From assembly GCA_043767805.1 (NCBI GenBank), contig JAYUGC010000078.1:1-13721 (forward strand): a DNA stretch of 13,721 bases. Reading direction: 5' to 3'. Positions 7,877-13,721 of this stretch are shown here, in pieces (within the stretch, counting starts at the first letter, position 1; the number at the start of each line of letters is the position of its first letter). Position numbers and translations under genes: made by a program. This stretch comes from Pseudomonadota bacterium. Its GTDB lineage: Bacteria; Bdellovibrionota; FAC87; UBA2466. The notes under the pieces were generated by a model. That model made no database searches. It saw only the letters and a program-made list of their open reading frames with translations, and was not told the origin of the DNA.

Positions 7877-8074
7877 GTGACCACCTCACTCGAAAAGAGG
7901 GCACTCCCCTCTTCTTCTGATCGGTTTTACGGCACCCGCGCTTTCGCGGTTCTCTGCCTCATCGTGCTCGTTACGGTTCTCTTGCTCTATACGTGGAACG
8001 AGACCGAGGCGGGCGAGAAAGACCCGCCGCCGAGGCCTTTCCCCCAGCTAAGCGGACAGATCATTTCCGTTTAG
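7877..8074 (+). CDS. Small single-pass membrane protein (65 aa)
   Basis: GTG start with strong SD GGAGGGAG; one hydrophobic segment AFAVLCLIVLVTVLLLYTW; Pro-rich C-terminus. Confidence 0.6.
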   Translation: MTTSLEKRALPSSSDRFYGTRAFAVLCLIVLVTVLLLYTWNETEAGEKDPPPRPFPQLSGQIISV

Positions 8075-8408
8075 TCTTTTTTTTGGCCGGCGCCTTTTTA
8101 GTGGCTGTAGTGCGCTCGGACTTTTTCCCCCGATGGGTCAGCGACCGAAGCTCGACGTCCGCCCTACGGCGCTCGGCCGTCAAAGCGGCCGGCTCTTTGG
8201 GATGAAACGGAAAACGAGCGTCGATGGAGTCCCGCTCCAAGGCCAGCGAGGTGAAGGCCGCGTGCGGATCGGGATTGGAGGCAAGGGAATGGCGCACTTC
8301 GGCGAGGCGCTTTTGAAACGCGCGATAAGCGGCGATGGCTTCGTCCGAGGACGCCGCGCCCGCCGACAGGCCCAAGAGCAAGAGGACTACGGGAAGAATC
8401 CGCGCCAC
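8061..8408 (-). CDS. Hypothetical exported protein with Lys-rich tail (115 aa)
   Basis: Signal-peptide-like MARILPVVLLLLGLSAGAASS; GTG start overlaps the GDH end by 22 nt; C-terminus KKAPAKKKTKRK. Confidence 0.6.
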   Translation of the reverse strand: MARILPVVLLLLGLSAGAASSDEAIAAYRAFQKRLAEVRHSLASNPDPHAAFTSLALERDSIDARFPFHPKEPAALTAERRRADVELRSLTHRGKKSERTTATKKAPAKKKTKRK

Positions 8409-9673
8409 AGCATCGCCTTCGAGAGGTTCTCGAGAGAAGAGATGTAAGCCGCGCGCCGCATTCCGACCTTCCGGTTCACGTGAATCTCATACACGCGGTT
8501 GAAGGCATTGGAGATGATCTCCCAAAGCTTGTTGTTTACGTCCTTTTCGCTCCAGAAGAAGTTCTGGATGCCCTGTACCCATTCGAAGTAGGACACAATC
8601 ACGCCGCCCGAGTTGGCCAAAATGTCGGGAATGGTGAAAATGCCGCGTTCGTTCAAGATCTCGTTGGCTTCGGAGGTCGTGGGACCGTTCGCGCCTTCCG
8701 CCATGATCTTGCACTGGATGAGGTGCGCGTTCTGCTTGGTAATTTGATTATCCATCGCCGCCGGAATCAAGATATCGACGGGAAGAAGGAGAAGCTCCGC
8801 GTTGGTGATGGACTCTCCCTTGGGATAGCCCGCCATGGTGCGGTTCTTCGCGACGTATTCGCGGATGTCGTTTAAGTCGAGGCCGGCCTTATTGTAAACG
8901 CCGCCCGAAACGTCGCTCACCGCGACGACTTTACAGCCGACGTTCTGAATGATGCGAGCACTATGGTAGCCGACGTTACCGAACCCTTGCACGGCGACCG
9001 AGGTGTTCTCGCCAAGCTCCATATTGAGCCGCTTAGCCGCTTCGATGATGCAGTAAACGACGCCACGGCCGGTGGCGTCCAAACGGCCGAGAGAACCGCC
9101 GATCTCGATGGGCTTGCCGGTGACAACGCCCGGGACCGAGTAGCCCATCTGAGTGCTGTAAGTATCCATGACCCAGGCCATGGTCTGCTGATCGGTCCCG
9201 ACGTCCGGCGCCGGAATATCTTTATCCGGCCCGATGAACATGAAAATTTCAGACGTGTACCGGCGGGTGAGAGACTGCTTTTCCCGGCGAGACAACGTAT
9301 TGGGATCGACCCGGATACCGCCTTTGGCGCCGCCGAGAGGCAGACGAACCAGCGAGTTCTTCAGGGTCATCAAAAGCGCGAGGGCCGCGGTTTCCGCGAG
9401 GTTCACTTCGGGATGGTAGCGAATACCGCCCTTACCAGGGCCGAGGGTCGTATTGTAGTGGACCCGGAATCCGTCGAACGTCTTGATGCTTCCGTCGTCC
9501 ATACGCACGGGGATCGAGACGTAGAGGCAGCGCCGGGGCTTGGCCAGGCGGTTGAACACGTTCGGGTCGAGGCTCATGGCCTCCGCCGCTTTTTGCAGGG
9601 CGCTCAGCGAGTTCGCGTAAAGGTGGTTTTCTTCCCACCCCTGAAACATCTCATCGTGAAGCTTGTACGGCAT
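8387..9673 (-). CDS. gdhA: Glu/Leu/Phe/Val dehydrogenase family protein, glutamate dehydrogenase
   Basis: GPGKGGIRY, TLKNS, LGGAKGG, DIPAPDVGT, VTGKP, VQGFGNVG, AEGANGP and PDILANSGGVIVSYFEWVQ; SD GGAGG. Cofactor preference not determined. Confidence 0.95.
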   Translation of the reverse strand: MPYKLHDEMFQGWEENHLYANSLSALQKAAEAMSLDPNVFNRLAKPRRCLYVSIPVRMDDGSIKTFDGFRVHYNTTLGPGKGGIRYHPEVNLAETAALALLMTLKNSLVRLPLGGAKGGIRVDPNTLSRREKQSLTRRYTSEIFMFIGPDKDIPAPDVGTDQQTMAWVMDTYSTQMGYSVPGVVTGKPIEIGGSLGRLDATGRGVVYCIIEAAKRLNMELGENTSVAVQGFGNVGYHSARIIQNVGCKVVAVSDVSGGVYNKAGLDLNDIREYVAKNRTMAGYPKGESITNAELLLLPVDILIPAAMDNQITKQNAHLIQCKIMAEGANGPTTSEANEILNERGIFTIPDILANSGGVIVSYFEWVQGIQNFFWSEKDVNNKLWEIISNAFNRVYEIHVNRKVGMRRAAYISSLENLSKAMLWRGFFP

Positions 9674-9704
9674 TCATCCTCCGGAACTACAAATCGATAT
9701 GCTC

Positions 9705-9732
9705 TCAAACCCTTGTATCGTAAAGAGTTTAA
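9705..9732 (-). other. Intercistronic stem-loop immediately after the receiver-GAF stop codon
   Basis: Minus strand TTAAACTCTT-TACGATAC-AAGGGTTTGA forms a 10-bp stem with two G-U pairs; no following U-tract. Confidence 0.4.
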
Positions 9733-9733
9733 T

Positions 9734-10705
9734 TCAGGCGGCTCTTTCGGAGTAGTCCTTATAAATCTTGCGGAGCAAAGATTTAATATTGGTGTGGGAA
9801 GCCATGGTGTTGGCGATGGCTTGCAGCACGCGCAAGACCTGCATGGAGGGAAGCTCCGTCGCCTTGGGACGGCGCACCGTGAGCACGCCCGTGACCTCGC
9901 CCTGAAAGCGGACGGGGAACACCATGAGCGAGCCGATGAGGATCGACTTCACGGTATCGCTCAGCCGATTGGTAAGCGCGTTCTGAGAAACGTCCTCGAT
10001 GAGAACGAAAGCGCCCGAGTGCATGACGTGGAGAATCTCCGGATACTTGTGCAGGGCAATCGGGAAATCGTAGAAGTTCGGGTCGTCGCTGGTGGCGAGT
10101 ACCAAGCCGGTATGGCTCTCTTCTTCGACGATGATGAGTGAGCTGCGGTTCGACTGCAGCAGCTCCGCGGTGCTCTTCAAGACTTCGAAAAAAGTCTTGT
10201 GCTCGTCCCCGCGGGCGGTGCGAGACAGCATCTCCGTCGCTTCGAGATGCATATTGATGTACGGCCAGGCCTCTTCTGTCGCCACCGTCGCTTCATAACC
10301 GTAGGGCTCGATGATTTGCTTCGGCGAAAGGTGGTAGAGAATGCGGTGGAAAAGGTTCTCGTTCTCGAAAGGATCGGCCACGAAATCGTTCGCGCCCGCC
10401 TTGATGGTGTTCTGGATGTTCACTTTGTGAACTTGGCGCGAGATGACGATAATCTTAATGTCGGGGTTTTTCGAGGTCGCCCGCACGTTCTTGATGAGCT
10501 CGAAGGGTCCCATGCCGCCCACGAGAAGATTGATGACGGCGACGTCATAGGACTGCTCGGTGATGGTGGCCAGAAAGCGCGGGGGATCCGTGCTGGTATC
10601 GACGTTGATACCGTCCTTTTTGAGCCACTTGATGACCTGATCGAACTTCACCACGGCGAAGTCGATGAAAATGACACGACGAGAGTCGGCCCCATTCCTA
10701 TTCAT
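9734..10705 (-). CDS. Atypical (pseudo-)receiver domain plus GAF domain protein, with no output domain
   Basis: N-terminal CheY-like pattern (VIFID, YDVAVINL, GMGPFELIKNVR, IKIIVIS, AGANDFVADPF). C-terminal GAF pattern (RSSLIIV, LVLATSD, KYPEI, VLIEDV, SLMVFPVRFQGEVTGVLTVR, LQAIANTMA). Confidence 0.85.
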   Translation of the reverse strand: MNRNGADSRRVIFIDFAVVKFDQVIKWLKKDGINVDTSTDPPRFLATITEQSYDVAVINLLVGGMGPFELIKNVRATSKNPDIKIIVISRQVHKVNIQNTIKAGANDFVADPFENENLFHRILYHLSPKQIIEPYGYEATVATEEAWPYINMHLEATEMLSRTARGDEHKTFFEVLKSTAELLQSNRSSLIIVEEESHTGLVLATSDDPNFYDFPIALHKYPEILHVMHSGAFVLIEDVSQNALTNRLSDTVKSILIGSLMVFPVRFQGEVTGVLTVRRPKATELPSMQVLRVLQAIANTMASHTNIKSLLRKIYKDYSERAA

Positions 10706-10728
10706 AGCGCGATCCTTTTTTTCGATTG

Positions 10729-10757
10729 TCTTAAAAGGTACCTGGTACCTTTTAAGA
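10729..10757. repeat. Perfect 14-1-14 inverted repeat
   Basis: TCTTAAAAGGTACC-T-GGTACCTTTTAAGA in the gap between spoVR and the receiver-GAF gene. Confidence 0.9.
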
Positions 10758-10774
10758 TGACTGAACGCTGACTG

Positions 10775-12286
10775 TTACATGTCGCGTTCGCGGATTTCTT
10801 TTCCGTCGAACGAAAGCAGCTTGGTCTGTGAGTTGTACTTGGTGCTTATGTGGACGGGGCGTTGCCAGATGCGGTGCACGTTCTTCAGCGTTTCGACGCC
10901 CTTTTCGTAATCGAGATCCATGCCTTCGTGCTTATGGCCGAGAAGTAGCTCTCCCCGGTTCTCGAAATTCGCGTCTTCCACCGTGATGATGGGCTGACCG
11001 TGGTTGGTGAGACCGAAGAGGAGCTGGCGCTTCACTTTGCGCCAGTCGCGGTCGACGATCTCGTACTGCCCGGTGCGGCGGTTGAAATTGTAGGTAAACA
11101 GCTTCAGGCGCTCGCAGAACTCCTCGTTCATGAAGCTGTCGATGAAGGTCACGTCGTTATGAAGCTTACGGACCTCGAAAATCTTCGCGCGGCCTAACCC
11201 TAAGTTCTTGTCCCAGCGGCGCTTGAGATCGAGATCTTCGCACTCTTCGTACTCGGGCCCGAACTTGCCGCGGTTCCAGCGATCTTCGATGTCGCGGAAA
11301 AGCTCGATGCCGATCTTGTACGGATTGATCTGCCCCGGGGACATGCCGAGGGTGCCGGCGTGATGATCGGCGAAGTCGATGACTTCGGAGTCTTTCAGCA
11401 CGTGACGGGTCATCAGGAACGAGTGCCAGTAGCTCGCCCAGCCTTCGTTCATGATCTTTGTCTGCGCCTGAGGGGCGAAGTAATAGGCTTCGTTTCGCAC
11501 GATGGTCAGCACTTCTTGCTGCCAGGGCTCGAGCGGCGCGTAGTTGATCAGGAACTGTAAAATGTCGCGCTCGGAGTTGAACGGGAACTTACGGGACTTG
11601 TCCCGGTCGTCCTTCGCGTTCTTCTCCTGCTCTTCCATGTACGCTTTGGGGTTCACGTACTTGTCCATGTAGTCCTTGGACTGGAACTTATGGACAGACG
11701 GGGCCCGGGCCGCGTCGATAATCGACGAGAAGCGGTCCGCCATCTCGGGAGCCCCCTTCTTCTCGGAGTTCTTCGGCACGAAAACGGAGAACGGATCGAT
11801 CAGATTGTCGATGGAGCAGCAGGAGTCGATGAAGTCTTCGACGACATCGACGCCGATGACATCCTGGAACTCACGGATCTTAGTGGCGTGGTTCGCCATC
11901 TGATCGAGCATCTTGCGGTTCGTCTTCGAGAACCACATGTTGTTCTTGAAAAAATCGCAGTGCCCGTACACGTGAGCCATGACGAGCTTCTGGTCGACGA
12001 TCTCATTGCCCTGCTGGAGGTACGCGTAGCAAGGGTCGGTATTGATGACCAGCTCGTAAATCTTGGACAGACCCCAGGTATAGCTCTTATTGAGATAGTC
12101 GTAATCCATCCCGAAGCGCCAGTGCGGGTAGCGCGTGGGGAACCCACCGAGAGCGGCGATCTCGTTGATCTCGTCGTAATCGACCAGCTCGAAGATCGTA
12201 TCGAAGGTGTCCAAGCCGTAATGGCGAGCGAGCTCGCGGATTTCAGCGTGGGCCTTCTGTAGCTCAGGGGTGAGTATCTGTCTCAT
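10775..12286 (-). CDS. spoVR: SpoVR/YcgB family protein
   Basis: [61 protein letters not shown] and NPYKIG; 4-nt ATGA overlap with yeaH. Confidence 0.96.
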   Translation of the reverse strand: MRQILTPELQKAHAEIRELARHYGLDTFDTIFELVDYDEINEIAALGGFPTRYPHWRFGMDYDYLNKSYTWGLSKIYELVINTDPCYAYLQQGNEIVDQKLVMAHVYGHCDFFKNNMWFSKTNRKMLDQMANHATKIREFQDVIGVDVVEDFIDSCCSIDNLIDPFSVFVPKNSEKKGAPEMADRFSSIIDAARAPSVHKFQSKDYMDKYVNPKAYMEEQEKNAKDDRDKSRKFPFNSERDILQFLINYAPLEPWQQEVLTIVRNEAYYFAPQAQTKIMNEGWASYWHSFLMTRHVLKDSEVIDFADHHAGTLGMSPGQINPYKIGIELFRDIEDRWNRGKFGPEYEECEDLDLKRRWDKNLGLGRAKIFEVRKLHNDVTFIDSFMNEEFCERLKLFTYNFNRRTGQYEIVDRDWRKVKRQLLFGLTNHGQPIITVEDANFENRGELLLGHKHEGMDLDYEKGVETLKNVHRIWQRPVHISTKYNSQTKLLSFDGKEIRERDM

Positions 12287-13386
12287 TTACCCTTTCCCAG
12301 GAATTCTTTCAGCGACCGGTAGATCGCTTCCTTGCTCTCGATTTTGGACGTGACGAGCTTTTCTTCCTGAGGGAAATTTTCGCTCAAATCCTTGATAAAC
12401 TGGCCGCTGCCGTACCGACTCTCGACCTGGCCGTAGCAGAAGAGATTACACTTCGGCACGAGGTGCTCTTTGAGCAGATCCACGCAGAGCTTCGTGTCTT
12501 CGCCGGACCAGTTATCGCCATCCGAGAAGTGCATCGCGTAGATGTTCCAGTCGGAGAAGGGATAATCGGTCTCGATCATGTTGAGGCAAAGCCGGTAAGC
12601 GGAGCTGATGAGCGTGCCGCCGCTTTCCCGCGTGTGATAAAACGTGTGCTGGTCGACTTCCCGCGCGTTCGCGTCATGGATGACGTAGCGGATGTCGATG
12701 TCCTTGTACTGGGACCGGAGCCAGGTATCGATCCAGAACGATTCCGTGCGGACGATTTCCTTCTGCTCGTCGCCCATGGAGCCCGAAACGTCCATCATGT
12801 AGATGATGACCGCGTTGTTCTCGGGCTTCTGAACCTTGTTCCAGGAGCGGTAGCGGAAATCGCGCTTGATCGGAACGATCATTGGATCTTCGGGATTGTA
12901 TTCACCGCTGGCGATCTGCCGTTTCAGCGACTCCTTGAAGGTGCGCTTGATGTGGCGAAGGCTGTTGGGCCCGACCGTGTTGATGCCGGAGAATTTGTAA
13001 CGCTCGGAAGCGATGGAGCCCGCGCCCTTGGGCTCGATGCGCGGAAGCTCCAGCTCTTCGCCGAGCATCTTCGCGAGCTCCTCCATGGTGAGATCGACTT
13101 CGAGGGAGTGATCTCCCTCGGCGTTCCCCGCCTTTTGGCCTTCTTCCTCGCCGTCACCGCCAAGCGGCGTGCCGGGCGCGCCCTCACCCTGCCCGACCCC
13201 GCCCATCTGGCGGCGGCCGAACTTAAAGCGAGGCAGATCGATCTGCGGCACCGGGATGGAGACATAGTCCTTCCCATGCTTGCCGATGAGCTCACCCTGG
13301 GTGATGTACTTTTTCAGATTCGTCTTGATCTTGCCTTTGACGATCTGTTTGAAACGGGCGTGATCCCGTTTGATGCCGGCAATCAT
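12283..13386 (-). CDS. yeaH: YeaH/YhbH (DUF444) vWA-domain protein
   Basis: DHARF, Gly-rich GQGEG linker, [14 protein letters not shown] motif [13 protein letters not shown] and HFSDGDNW; located between prkA and spoVR. Confidence 0.95.
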   Translation of the reverse strand: MIAGIKRDHARFKQIVKGKIKTNLKKYITQGELIGKHGKDYVSIPVPQIDLPRFKFGRRQMGGVGQGEGAPGTPLGGDGEEEGQKAGNAEGDHSLEVDLTMEELAKMLGEELELPRIEPKGAGSIASERYKFSGINTVGPNSLRHIKRTFKESLKRQIASGEYNPEDPMIVPIKRDFRYRSWNKVQKPENNAVIIYMMDVSGSMGDEQKEIVRTESFWIDTWLRSQYKDIDIRYVIHDANAREVDQHTFYHTRESGGTLISSAYRLCLNMIETDYPFSDWNIYAMHFSDGDNWSGEDTKLCVDLLKEHLVPKCNLFCYGQVESRYGSGQFIKDLSENFPQEEKLVTSKIESKEAIYRSLKEFLGKGK

Positions 13387-13431
13387 TTAATGTCCCCGCG
13401 AACGGGCCGAAACAGAGCCCCTTTAAGGCCG

Positions 13432-13721
13432 TTACTTTCTCTTAACGTCGCCACGAGCGAAGATCGAGGCCACGAACGTCAGGATGTCCGTGGAGCAGAT
13501 TTCGCAGTAGCCGTAGTTCTTGATCAGGCGCCCTTTGACGATATCGATCTTTTCCTGGGTGCTCTGATCGACGACATTCGAGACCAAGCTCGTGAGCTTG
13601 ATGGTGTCCTTCTGGTCTTCGAACAATTTGAGCTCGAGGGCCTTATGGAGACGCTCGTTCGTCTTGTAATCAAACTGACGGCCGTCCAAGGACAGCGCAC
13701 CGATGTAGTTCATCACTTCCC
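13432..13721 (-). CDS. prkA: PrkA/YeaG family AAA+ serine protein kinase, C-terminal fragment (5' end outside window)
   Basis: Frame is open to the window edge. [12 protein letters not shown] and [26 protein letters not shown] match PrkA C-termini; canonical prkA-yeaH-spoVR order. Confidence 0.9.
   Translation of the reverse strand, partial: EVMNYIGALSLDGRQFDYKTNERLHKALELKLFEDQKDTIKLTSLVSNVVDQSTQEKIDIVKGRLIKNYGYCEICSTDILTFVASIFARGDVKRK

Noticed and set aside
8963..10141. 392-aa plus-strand ORF antisense to gdh and REC-GAF
   Set aside because: Shadow ORF expected from codon bias in a GC-rich genome. It has no recognisable motifs and spans two genuine opposite-strand genes.

Overview
This is a GC-rich (roughly 60% by eye), gene-dense, mostly housekeeping bacterial window; a Bdellovibrionota or deltaproteobacterial-like origin is my inference only. 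From left to right it holds: (1) a minus-strand folate operon, folP, a PTPS/QueD-fold gene and folK (folK is truncated at the window edge and missed by the ORF track); (2) a divergent secreted S1/P1-nuclease (Zn-dependent PLC/P1 fold) gene split by a 1-nt frameshift; (3) a small basic ORF with its own promoter; (4) a plus-strand operon of a class-V aminotransferase, serA and purA; (5) three short hypothetical exported or membrane genes; (6) a minus-strand run of prkA (partial), yeaH, spoVR, a pseudo-receiver/GAF protein, glutamate dehydrogenase and a secreted small protein. I found no mobile element, CRISPR array or RNA gene. The best leads are a divergent PTPS (ExxHPH, no catalytic Cys, no LDH) in the folB position, a non-phosphorylatable receiver-GAF protein between the PrkA/YeaH/SpoVR module and GDH behind a perfect 29-bp palindrome, and the frameshifted nuclease. 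I cannot claim a new system with certainty from sequence alone.
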